Below, piece by piece: positions 19,019 through 27,966 of a stretch of DNA of 64,000 bases. Within the stretch, counting starts at the first letter, position 1. The number at the start of each line of letters is the position of its first letter. The translations under genes were made by a program, and so were the position numbers. The notes under the pieces are model-generated. The model saw only the letters and a list, made by a program, of their open reading frames with translations. It was not told where the DNA came from and searched no databases. The stretch is from IMG/VR virus record IMGVR_UViG_3300044615_001997; one strand, 5' to 3'. This stretch comes from a virus.

Positions 19019-22000
19019 AAGCTAAATTAGCTATAGGACGTCGACTCACGGCGAGTGAAGATATTTTAAAATGCGAGATAGCTGAACTTCGCCATGAAAC
19101 TGCAAAAAAACTTGGTTTGAAGGATCAGCATGGTCTGACTGGTTCAGATGAGTCTAGACTCGAGAAACATAAAGTTGGTGTTGGTGGAGAAATAGCTGCA
19201 GCTGCTTGTTTAAAAATTGAAAATTTTATTCCTGGCGAAGGAGGGTTCAAGAGAATTCCAGATATAAATCTTGTTTGGCGTGACGGTAAGTATGTTTATG
19301 ACCCAAAACAAGACCACGGAGGTTTAGAAATCGAAGTCAGGACTTCTACCACACACGACGGAGCTCTTATTATAAGAGATAGCGATAGGAAATATGGAAC
19401 TTCTAGACCCTTTATTCTCGAGACTTTTGAAAATGGTCAATATGTTATGCGGGGTTGGATTCCAGAAGGAAGGTTAGCTTTTCAAGATAAATATTATACA
19501 GACAACAACAATAATCGTACTAAGGCATATTTTATGCCTCAAGAAGATTTATACCCCCTTGAATCGTTATATGAATTAGTAGGAATAAACGTTGAGGATG
19601 TATTATCTACACCAGGTATAACAACCGGAGATACTGAAATAAAAGAAAAAGTACGTGTAGCTCCTCGTGGTAAGCGTGGAGCAAAGTACATGCTTATCTA
19701 TTCGCATCCCGGCAAGGACGATCTGCAATCTAAGATGTTTGGTTATGCTGGTTACGCTGCCGAAGAAACTATCGCAGCGTTAAAGTCTGTGGGAATTGAC
19801 CCACAAGAATGTTATTTCACTGGAATGGTTAAGGAGGGTATTGGTAACAAGCCCAAGCCCACAGCAGAGCAAATTGAAAAATGGGCGGCTGAACTTGACC
19901 AGGAGATAGAGATAATTAAACCTAAAATAATCATCAGCTTGGGTGCCGAAGTATTTAAGCGGGTGATGAAAACAAATATCAAGGTAGGAGACTACATTGG
20001 AGAAATTATAGATTCTCCGTATGGAAAGCTTCTAGCTAATTATTCTCCTGCTATGGTGGTTGTTCAAGACCCAACCAAACGACCCGAATTCCAAGATATA
20101 TTTGAATTGGCTAAAAAAGCCGTAGAGAATAACTTGGAATACGACAAATATACTTACAAGGTAATTTCAGATCCTGCTGAAAATATAGCGGTATTGCAGA
20201 GTTACATCGACAGAGGTATGTTTAGTATTGGTTATGACGCTGAGTGGTTCGGGGCTAAATTCACCGATGATGAGGTGATGTACGAATTTCAATATAGCTG
20301 CGAAAAAGACGTAGCCATTATATTGAATATATCTCCTGATGGTAAAACAGAAAATCGTGAGCTGCTCAACACAATGAAGCTCATACTGGAGCATCCCAAA
20401 GCTGATAGGCTAGGATGGAACATCAGGGCTGATGACATTAGACTGGTTTATCGTGGGTTTAATCTCGCAGATGAAACTTTGGGGTTTGATGGAATGAAAG
20501 CTGTGGCTTTCTATGACTCTAGACTCGGTAAGGGATTAGAAACTGGGATTAAAAAATTTACAAATTATCCACCATATTATGTCCCATTTAATCGCAAGAT
20601 GAAGGAGCATAAGCTGGCTAAAAATGAATTGGCAAAACTCAAGTTTTTTGAACCCGATGTTTATTATAATTATTGTGCTGGTGACGCCGTGGCTCATCGT
20701 GAAGCATGTTTAAATATGCGTGACGGGTTTCCACAGGAAGTCTGGCCATATTATAAAAACGTATACTTACCATTGACTAATTACTTCTTGGATATGGAGC
20801 TTACCGGTATTCCAATAGATATGGATGTGTTGGAAGATATCACTGGAAAGTATATGTCTAAGTATGAAGAAATTAAGCTGGAGTTGGGGAATTTTCTAGA
20901 ACAGAGCTATGGAATAAAGGAATTTAATCCTAACTCAGCTCTACAGAAAAAAGAGTTCTTGTTTAAAACTTTAGGGTTGAATCCTGCTTATTATACAAAA
21001 GCAGGTAAATCACCTAAGTCTAGGACATGGTGGGAGAGACAAAAGCCACAAACTCAAAAGTTATTCTCTCCTTCCACCAACGGTAAATCTCTATCCACAA
21101 TTAAATTTGAATTGGAGGAAGAGATGGCTAAAAACAATTCCCAAGATCTAAAAAACGCACATCAGGCAATTAGTTTATTGTTAAACTTGAACAGAGTTAG
21201 TGTTTTTGCCAATAAGTTCTTGTCCAAGAAAGGTATAGTTGTGACTGAGGATGATGACGATGAACCACTGAAACAGAGTTATTGGGCGGCTATTTCTAAG
21301 GATGGGAGAATACATCCCAGCTTTTTTGAGTTGCTTAAAAACTTCAGATCTTCGAGTTCACCAAACGTACAGAATCCAGCTTCCAAGGTGTTGACTTACA
21401 TTCCGGATATTTTTATCCCGGGATATAACAAACTAACTAAGGAGGAGCAATCACAACATGACTCCAAACTACCGGCAAACTTACGCAATATATTCTATCC
21501 AGGACATAAAGATTTTAACTGGGTAGAGTTGGACATTGCTGGTGCTGACCTGGCTATTATGGCCTTCTTGAGTCAAGATCCTAACTTTATTGGTGACATT
21601 CGAGCAGGAAACTTCCACCAGACTAAAATGAGGGAATACTTCCAGGATGAAACATTGAGCAAAAAGGACACGGCAAAGTATGTTATATCGAAAGGTATTA
21701 CTTTCCGAGTATCGTATACTGCAGGTCTTGATTTTGCTGCGATACCTATTCAGGCAGACATCTATGCTGAAAATGGACTACACGTTCCATTGCAGCTAAT
21801 TGAGTTTGCGTTGGAAACTTGGAAGCGTTATGAAACCTATATGCGCTATAGACAGCTCTGCAACCTTGAAGTACAAGAAAATAAAAGTATAACTTGTGCC
21901 AGAGGAATGCGACTCAACTTTGAAGAAACAGATAATTTTGGAATTCTTGCCGGATGGATGAATGAAAGTTTAGCCTTTCCGGTAGCCTCAGAATTAGCTC

Positions 22001-22308
22001 TCTTCATGTGGGAAGCGTCTGTTAATGTAAGAAACTTGTTGAAACGCGAAGGCTTATGGATGCGCTGGATTTACCCTGTGAATGTGGTGCATGATGCCAA
22101 TTACTGGATAGCTCACAAAGACTTGCTCAAGGGCAATTATCTTCCTGAGCTACTGAGAACAGTGTTTTGTAAAAGCACAAAAATTGCCACCGGCGATAAC
22201 TTAGGCTGTGAATTAGTCGTGAGTGATCGTTGGAAAGGCAAAGAAAAAATATTCGAAAAAGAAACCGTTTGGAATAACGAACTTAATGAATGGGTTTGGA
22301 GTTCTTAA
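19015..22308 (+). CDS. polA: family A DNA polymerase with N-terminal PD-(D/E)XK-like and UDG-like domains and 3'-5' exonuclease
   Basis: ExoI YDAE, ExoII WNIRADD, ExoIII YCAGD; DGRIHP, PNVQN, motif A DIAGADLAIMAFLSQD, motif B KGITFRVSY, motif C VHDA. Confidence 0.88.
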   Translation: MKAKLAIGRRLTASEDILKCEIAELRHETAKKLGLKDQHGLTGSDESRLEKHKVGVGGEIAAAACLKIENFIPGEGGFKRIPDINLVWRDGKYVYDPKQDHGGLEIEVRTSTTHDGALIIRDSDRKYGTSRPFILETFENGQYVMRGWIPEGRLAFQDKYYTDNNNNRTKAYFMPQEDLYPLESLYELVGINVEDVLSTPGITTGDTEIKEKVRVAPRGKRGAKYMLIYSHPGKDDLQSKMFGYAGYAAEETIAALKSVGIDPQECYFTGMVKEGIGNKPKPTAEQIEKWAAELDQEIEIIKPKIIISLGAEVFKRVMKTNIKVGDYIGEIIDSPYGKLLANYSPAMVVVQDPTKRPEFQDIFELAKKAVENNLEYDKYTYKVISDPAENIAVLQSYIDRGMFSIGYDAEWFGAKFTDDEVMYEFQYSCEKDVAIILNISPDGKTENRELLNTMKLILEHPKADRLGWNIRADDIRLVYRGFNLADETLGFDGMKAVAFYDSRLGKGLETGIKKFTNYPPYYVPFNRKMKEHKLAKNELAKLKFFEPDVYYNYCAGDAVAHREACLNMRDGFPQEVWPYYKNVYLPLTNYFLDMELTGIPIDMDVLEDITGKYMSKYEEIKLELGNFLEQSYGIKEFNPNSALQKKEFLFKTLGLNPAYYTKAGKSPKSRTWWERQKPQTQKLFSPSTNGKSLSTIKFELEEEMAKNNSQDLKNAHQAISLLLNLNRVSVFANKFLSKKGIVVTEDDDDEPLKQSYWAAISKDGRIHPSFFELLKNFRSSSSPNVQNPASKVLTYIPDIFIPGYNKLTKEEQSQHDSKLPANLRNIFYPGHKDFNWVELDIAGADLAIMAFLSQDPNFIGDIRAGNFHQTKMREYFQDETLSKKDTAKYVISKGITFRVSYTAGLDFAAIPIQADIYAENGLHVPLQLIEFALETWKRYETYMRYRQLCNLEVQENKSITCARGMRLNFEETDNFGILAGWMNESLAFPVASELALFMWEASVNVRNLLKREGLWMRWIYPVNVVHDANYWIAHKDLLKGNYLPELLRTVFCKSTKIATGDNLGCELVVSDRWKGKEKIFEKETVWNNELNEWVWSS

Positions 22309-22587
22309 ATGTATAAAAAACACACACTATACACCTTTCAAAGCAACGAACCATGTCCACACTGTAATTCGACAAAAATTTTGAGCTTTGAAATCGAAGA
22401 AAACTTAAAAGAAATACATGTTGCTCGTTGCCAAGATTGCGGTATCGAAGATGTTGCGATATATGATCTCAGTAACGAGTACATGTACACAGACTATGGT
22501 GACACATACCACGAACCTGGCTATACCAGGGTTAAACAAATTAAGCGGCCTAGAAAGCTTGAATCTGTCCGACAACAGGAAGACTAA
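22309..22587 (+). CDS. zinc-ribbon protein
   Basis: CPHC...CQDC. Confidence 0.6.
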   Translation: MYKKHTLYTFQSNEPCPHCNSTKILSFEIEENLKEIHVARCQDCGIEDVAIYDLSNEYMYTDYGDTYHEPGYTRVKQIKRPRKLESVRQQED

Positions 22588-23296
22588 GTTTTTCTCCGGT
22601 CATAAAAACACATTTGGACTGCGGACAGGTTTACCTAAATATGGTGGAACCTGTCCCAGTGCAACCTTTGGCGAAGGCGGATGTCTATGTGGTAGGGGAG
22701 CTAAAGGCGAACCTACTTGCTATGCTGCCAAGCTGCGTAGAATATACCCTAATTATGGTAAAACCGAAGACTATAATACGGATCTACTTCTAAACGCCTC
22801 GTACGAGGATATGGTGGTCATTATTAGAAATACTGTTATGAAATGGCTCCTTAATGGTGGTCATAAAAAGCAGTACTTCCGCCTACATATGGGTGGAGAT
22901 TTCTTTAATGAAACCTATACTCGTGCCTGGAAGCATGTCATTGACGAATGGCCCCTGGTTAAGTTTTGGACTTACACCAGATCCATGTTCGCTCTACCTA
23001 TTTTGGCAGATTGTAAAAACCTGTCATTATATCTGAGCTGCGATCCTGCCAATGCCGAAGAAGTTCGTAAGGCCTACGAACCATATAAAAGCTACAGTAA
23101 TGTAGCCGTTGCTTGGATGGGGAATAGCTTTCCTGAAGCTGTTCTCAACGACAGGAAATATTTAAAATGTCCTGAAGTAGCCAAGAAGCTAAAAAGTACT
23201 AAAGTCGAAGGTGCATGCTCTAGGTGTAGAGCGTGCATTGACAGACCGTTGAAAGATGGTAAATTGAGGCATATTCAATTTCCTATCCATAAATGA
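22418..23296 (+). CDS. Gp88-like Cys-rich protein (true start probably 22493-22559)
   Basis: TCP.A....C....CYA.K, FRLH..GDF, W.YTR, LS.D, CP...CSRCRAC. Confidence 0.7.
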   Translation: MLLVAKIAVSKMLRYMISVTSTCTQTMVTHTTNLAIPGLNKLSGLESLNLSDNRKTKFFSGHKNTFGLRTGLPKYGGTCPSATFGEGGCLCGRGAKGEPTCYAAKLRRIYPNYGKTEDYNTDLLLNASYEDMVVIIRNTVMKWLLNGGHKKQYFRLHMGGDFFNETYTRAWKHVIDEWPLVKFWTYTRSMFALPILADCKNLSLYLSCDPANAEEVRKAYEPYKSYSNVAVAWMGNSFPEAVLNDRKYLKCPEVAKKLKSTKVEGACSRCRACIDRPLKDGKLRHIQFPIHK

Positions 23297-23697
23297 ACGT
23301 GAATATTCATCAATACAACACTCCTCTTCTAGAGCTAGATAACAATACGGAAGTTGAAAAACTTTTGTTACCTAGCCTAGAATACGCCATGACGATAGCT
23401 TATCCACTACACAAACCCGAAACATTCAGAGTTATATCTGGGTCTAGCGGCGTTAGAAAAAGTGAGTTAGGAAAAATAATCATGGATGTATATAAGCAGA
23501 TCTATAGAGAAGAAGTCGAAGACTCGGGTCCTCCGATGTATCATCCGACAGAGCCCAGACGAATAGAGTCTAGTGGACGTCATGGTATCTGGGGGCATGA
23601 CCTAGAAGATCTCTGGTTGAGCTGGGTTGAAATAGATAATAACTTAAACAAAATAACACCTATTGTTACTACAAAAATAAAAACTTATGAACATTGA
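23293..23697 (+). CDS. uncharacterised viral protein with GIWGHDxxDL motif
   Basis: YPL...Y..IY.EE...GRHGIWGHDLEDL pattern. Confidence 0.6.
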   Translation: MNVNIHQYNTPLLELDNNTEVEKLLLPSLEYAMTIAYPLHKPETFRVISGSSGVRKSELGKIIMDVYKQIYREEVEDSGPPMYHPTEPRRIESSGRHGIWGHDLEDLWLSWVEIDNNLNKITPIVTTKIKTYEH

Positions 23698-24385
23698 TAC
23701 AAATAAAATTAGAAGTACTTATTTTAAGGGAAAGAAAGCCTACTTTGTGAGCGATATTGCTGCACAGTTGGGAGAACGTCCTGTAAATCGACTTACAAAA
23801 AATAAAGCTATCTTCAAAGCTAGGGTTAAGGACGAAGGTAATAGTCAAAATCGTCGTCTGGTATTCCATAAAGATCTACAAAATCTTTCTATGGAAAATA
23901 TTGAAAAGGGAACAGAGAAACTTTCTATGTTTACACGCATTAAAAAATACTATCAAAAAAATAAAGAAAACTTCAAAGGCGCTGAAAAAAAGCAGACTCC
24001 TGTTTTAGTAGATATTTCACTAGATAAAATTCGCAAAACCTCTATTTCTTTGGAAAAAGAGCGCAATAATATGATGAAAGATCGTATTAAGCAGCTCTGT
24101 CAGAATGAGGGTAAGCGTACAGTCGCCGCCAAGAAAAAAGCTGGCGAGACTGTAGATGCTGAGCGTATGGAATATCGTGAGCCGTACCTAGTCATGTATT
24201 CGGCATTTGATCGCTATATGCGTATCGAGCTTAACAAGCTTAACATGACTTTGGAAGACATCGGTTTGGGTCGTGCCCGTAACGAGGGCAAGAAACCCTA
24301 TATCGACAGAATTGCTGAAGCAGGTCAGCTCCATAACTTGCTCGTCGTGGCTGAGGCGTTATTTCAGCCAAAAATCAACAACTAA
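23687..24385 (+). CDS. putative DNA-binding/antirepressor-like protein
   Basis: Bro-N/ORF6N-like start (F.G..AYFVSDIA..LG) and ORF6C-like end (RA....PYIDRI...GQL..L..VA..LF). Confidence 0.5.
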   Translation: MNIDTNKIRSTYFKGKKAYFVSDIAAQLGERPVNRLTKNKAIFKARVKDEGNSQNRRLVFHKDLQNLSMENIEKGTEKLSMFTRIKKYYQKNKENFKGAEKKQTPVLVDISLDKIRKTSISLEKERNNMMKDRIKQLCQNEGKRTVAAKKKAGETVDAERMEYREPYLVMYSAFDRYMRIELNKLNMTLEDIGLGRARNEGKKPYIDRIAEAGQLHNLLVVAEALFQPKINN

Positions 24386-24397
24386 CACATACCATAT

Positions 24398-24655
24398 ATG
24401 GACAGAAAATACACAATCAAAATCTCGGATAACACCGGACATACAGAGCTCTTGGAGCAAACGACAAAACAAACCGTTGATGCTGTGATGGAGAAAGTTT
24501 CGAGCCATGCCCACTGGGTCTGGATCGATGGTCAACTGTTCGAGTTCGAGCAGGGAGATATCAACTCCAAAGCCAACGCCGATAAATTGGCTGCTCGTCT
24601 CGAAACTGCCAATGACCCCACAGTGGTCTTGTCAGGTACCCTCATCGGGGGTTAA
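24398..24655 (+). CDS. ubiquitin-like (beta-grasp) protein ending in Gly-Gly
   Basis: 85 aa; beta-beta-alpha-beta pattern, WIDG strand, terminal strand VVLSGTLIGG-stop; E1 and JAB genes 3 kb downstream. Confidence 0.75.
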   Translation: MDRKYTIKISDNTGHTELLEQTTKQTVDAVMEKVSSHAHWVWIDGQLFEFEQGDINSKANADKLAARLETANDPTVVLSGTLIGG

Positions 24656-24677
24656 TCGAGTCTAGAAGACTTAATCA

Positions 24678-24705
24678 AGAAGGGGGAGCTTCGGCTCCCC
24701 CTTCT
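24678..24705 (+). terminator. stem-loop after Ubl gene
   Basis: perfect 12-bp stem AGAAGGGGGAGC/GCTCCCCCTTCT with C(UUCG)G loop, followed by ATTTATT. Confidence 0.7.
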
Positions 24706-24728
24706 ATTTATTGCTAACCCATACACTT

Positions 24729-26792
24729 ATGAATATATCTACCAAAAAATTCAATTCCTTTGTAGACGAGTATAGTAAAGTTAAAAAATTCGTTACCGAA
24801 GGCAATGTAGTGATACGCGAAGATTGGAGCAAGCGTAATTACAACAAGCCAAACAACAACGAAGATGAAGTATATTCTATACACTACGAGAACTTAAAAT
24901 TTAAAAATCTATCTAACGCACATAAATTTACTCAAGTTAGCAGAATCAATGGAAACCCAAAAATACTAACCGTAGAAAATAAAAAAGATCCTAACTCTCC
25001 AGAAGTTAAGATAAAAGAGTCTATCGCTGGCAATCTCTCAGCGGGGTCGTTACTGATGGTTACTACTGCAACCGCACAAAATTTAGCCAAAGATTATAAA
25101 TCTATGCGGTTTATTCCCAAAACTGATCTAGATAATAAGCTCAAGTTTCCAAAAATTATTTCAAAGCCACCGTACGAGATAATGGAGGGAAATAACACCT
25201 ATCGTGTGCTTTGTCGTTCTGGTTACGGTATTTATTTTATCGGTTGCGACACTGACGACATTTATGATTACCTCGATGAAGGATTCTTCATTTTAGGTAT
25301 AACCGGAGTAACGCCTTCAGGTAAAAAGAATCGACACATGGTTGTAACGAACCAGTTGGATATCAATACCATGCATATTTTTATCCTGTGCCAGTTCCAG
25401 CCGAAGTTTTGTGAAATGTTACATAAAGGATGTTTTGTCCACACTAATGATGCACAAATGATGCGTCTTAAAATGGAAAAGAAACTTCCGGAAAAATACA
25501 AAACTAAGTACGAGCATGCCCGTGAAGCCATTGAGAAAGACTATCAAAACAACACCTCACTGATTCTTATTAATAACCTAAATAATAAAGAAATCGCCAA
25601 GGTGGCATTGAATGATATCGAGCTCACCAGTAACTCGGCCTCTTACGACAGAATCAAAATAGAGGCAGACGACCTCCTGAATGTAATCTATTCAAAGGTT
25701 AACTTTGGTGGCGAGTTTGATATTTATTCTGTGGTAGAAACTTATGCCGACCACATTCAAGAAAAAGTGGACGGAGCTCAATTGCCTGAAGAAGGGCAAT
25801 TTAGAACTCTACCTACCATAAAGATCAATGGTTTTAACATTAATATAACCACATCACATACCGGTGTACGTAGAATTAATGGAAAGCGTATCAATAAAGC
25901 AGAAATTAAGGATGCCGTCTACCGAGCTAGTTGTCATCATACTCAAGAAGATTACGACTTATTCTTAAATCGTATCTCGAGAATGAGCTTATTGTGGCAC
26001 GATATTCTGGCAAATGGCTTACCTGTTAAAATTCACGACAACATGACGTGGGATGAGTATAGGGAGCCAGAACCATCTGCCGCCGCTCCGGCAATTAAGT
26101 TCTTTATCGATAAAGAAGATCGTTGCATCAAGATTAAAACCGAGGATCCTAAAGGTTGCCGTGTTCGTTTAGGGCAACTAATTAAGAAAATCGATACAAT
26201 CAATCGTAAAACAAATAATCGCTGGACGCGTGGTGGTATGGAGAGCCGTAACAGTAGGTGGGCCAGAAAAGAGCTAGCTAAAGCCTTGAAAGAGGCCACC
26301 ACGTTTGATGTTAAAACCAAGCGGGAAGACGGAACTGTAGAGACTCGTTCTGTTACAGGTATAACTGCAGCAGACATCACAAAGCTGATTCAAATAGCAG
26401 ATGAATACAAGAAGGCAGCTATCGAGAGAAGCAAAAACTTCCTCGCTACAGCTGTTCAATTCACGGGTGCAAAAGAAATTGAATTTATGGGTAAGCAAGC
26501 CTATAAAGTTGATGGAACGTTGCGTTCGTATGCTGTAGTTATAGAAACTGCCAAGGTGTATGACTATCAGACAAAACAGTATCGTTGTATCGTAAACGAC
26601 AACCATTTCCGTGGTGCAGGTTACGACGACATTGCCGCTAGACTATATGCACTGAAGAATGACTCAGTTATGCAGAAAGTGATTGGAACATTGAAGGGTG
26701 CCGCTCAGCCAGGAGCTGAGAATGCACACAATGACTATGTTCCTGACCGTGCAGTAGATGACGCCGTTCTAGAAGGATTAAATCTAGATTAA
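24729..26792 (+). CDS. large uncharacterised protein of the Ubl locus
   Basis: 687 aa from ATG 24729; C-terminal V.G.LR.Y......Y.CIV....DD...L.AL.ND module. Confidence 0.75.
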   Translation: MNISTKKFNSFVDEYSKVKKFVTEGNVVIREDWSKRNYNKPNNNEDEVYSIHYENLKFKNLSNAHKFTQVSRINGNPKILTVENKKDPNSPEVKIKESIAGNLSAGSLLMVTTATAQNLAKDYKSMRFIPKTDLDNKLKFPKIISKPPYEIMEGNNTYRVLCRSGYGIYFIGCDTDDIYDYLDEGFFILGITGVTPSGKKNRHMVVTNQLDINTMHIFILCQFQPKFCEMLHKGCFVHTNDAQMMRLKMEKKLPEKYKTKYEHAREAIEKDYQNNTSLILINNLNNKEIAKVALNDIELTSNSASYDRIKIEADDLLNVIYSKVNFGGEFDIYSVVETYADHIQEKVDGAQLPEEGQFRTLPTIKINGFNINITTSHTGVRRINGKRINKAEIKDAVYRASCHHTQEDYDLFLNRISRMSLLWHDILANGLPVKIHDNMTWDEYREPEPSAAAPAIKFFIDKEDRCIKIKTEDPKGCRVRLGQLIKKIDTINRKTNNRWTRGGMESRNSRWARKELAKALKEATTFDVKTKREDGTVETRSVTGITAADITKLIQIADEYKKAAIERSKNFLATAVQFTGAKEIEFMGKQAYKVDGTLRSYAVVIETAKVYDYQTKQYRCIVNDNHFRGAGYDDIAARLYALKNDSVMQKVIGTLKGAAQPGAENAHNDYVPDRAVDDAVLEGLNLD

Positions 26793-26796
26793 CTTA

Positions 26797-26831
26797 TAGA
26801 GCCCCTGTAGGCAAATCCTACAGGGGCTCTA
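26797..26831 (+). terminator. stem-loop
   Basis: perfect 15-bp stem TAGAGCCCCTGTAGG/CCTACAGGGGCTCTA, 5-nt loop, no U tract. Confidence 0.55.
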
Positions 26832-26857
26832 ATACATAAACTTAAACAAATAATTAA

Positions 26858-27508
26858 ATGAAAACATATATTATAGACATTGAAACTGCTCCATTACCTC
26901 AAAACCAAATAGAGGCATTTCAGCCAGAATTTAAAGCCGATACTCGTTTGAAAGACCCTATAAAAATAGCGGAAGATATTAAAAATAAAAAAGAAAAGTT
27001 TATAGCTAACGCTGCTTTAAATCCTCTTACTTCGTATATTTGTGCTTTGGGTGTTTGGGAAACTTCTCAAAAAGAACCTGAGTTATATATCTCTAATAGC
27101 GAAAAAAATATCATTGAAGCATTTTTAGAGTTAATCAAAGAAGAAAATTTAACCAGAACAAGAATAGTGACATTTAATGGAATGAACTTCGATATTCCGT
27201 TTTTATGTCGAAGAGGTTTACTCTATGGTCACGATATATTCCCAACATTCTATAGAATAGATGGATGCTTTAAAATTTTAGATAAAGCTCCGGTATTTAT
27301 AGACTTGGCTGCTATATGGGATTGCCGTAGAAAAGACTATATTAGTTTGAATGACTTAGCTATCTATATGGGGGTAGGTAAAAAAAATAAGAATGAAGAT
27401 CTTTTTTATCAATTGCTAGAAAAAAATAAAGATGTCGCTAAGGATTATTTAATTAATGATTTAAAATTAACTAAAGATATAGCAGAAAAATGGGGATTAA
27501 TTAAATGA
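26858..27508 (+). CDS. DnaQ/PolB-type 3'-5' exonuclease
   Basis: DIET, FNGMNFD.PFL, IDL, YLINDL (DEDDy). Confidence 0.85.
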   Translation: MKTYIIDIETAPLPQNQIEAFQPEFKADTRLKDPIKIAEDIKNKKEKFIANAALNPLTSYICALGVWETSQKEPELYISNSEKNIIEAFLELIKEENLTRTRIVTFNGMNFDIPFLCRRGLLYGHDIFPTFYRIDGCFKILDKAPVFIDLAAIWDCRRKDYISLNDLAIYMGVGKKNKNEDLFYQLLEKNKDVAKDYLINDLKLTKDIAEKWGLIK

Positions 27509-27966
27509 GATTAATAGAAAAAATAAATAAGGGGTTAGCTAGAGCTGTAGCTACGGCTACAGTGGAATGCGGTGACTCTAAAGAAGAAGAAGGAGGGATT
27601 ATTCTCACTAATAATCAATCTTCAGGAGCTAGAGATTATAAATTTATAAAAGTTATAAACGACCGACGTGGAACACTCTCTGCTCGAGGACTATATGTGG
27701 CAAACCCTGAAGATTTTGGAAAGCATGTATTTCCATCAATTTCTGAAGGTTGGAATATGTATGCAAGTTTTCATACTCATCCCACCTTTTCAGCTACACC
27801 TAGTTCTCTAGACGAAGATAAATTATTCAGAGGATTTAAATATAATTTTATATTTTCTAACTCTGAAAGGACTGTATCGTGTTCGGAGTGGTCTCCGCAA
27901 AACGATTTGCATACTGTGTATTTAAACATTATAACCTTACTATACTTAGCTAATGAGCAAGATTAA
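27505..27966 (+). CDS. JAB/MPN+ (JAMM) metalloisopeptidase
   Basis: EEGGI ... FHTHP.FSATPSSLD matches E-xn-HxHPx6SxxD. Confidence 0.85.
   Translation: MRLIEKINKGLARAVATATVECGDSKEEEGGIILTNNQSSGARDYKFIKVINDRRGTLSARGLYVANPEDFGKHVFPSISEGWNMYASFHTHPTFSATPSSLDEDKLFRGFKYNFIFSNSERTVSCSEWSPQNDLHTVYLNIITLLYLANEQD

Noticed and set aside
19651-20130. Active uracil-DNA glycosylase
   Set aside because: Family-4 catalytic motifs and Fe-S cysteines are substituted.
19015-22308. DpoZ / 2-aminoadenine genome
   Set aside because: No purZ, datZ or mazZ recognisable in this window; cannot be claimed from the polymerase alone.
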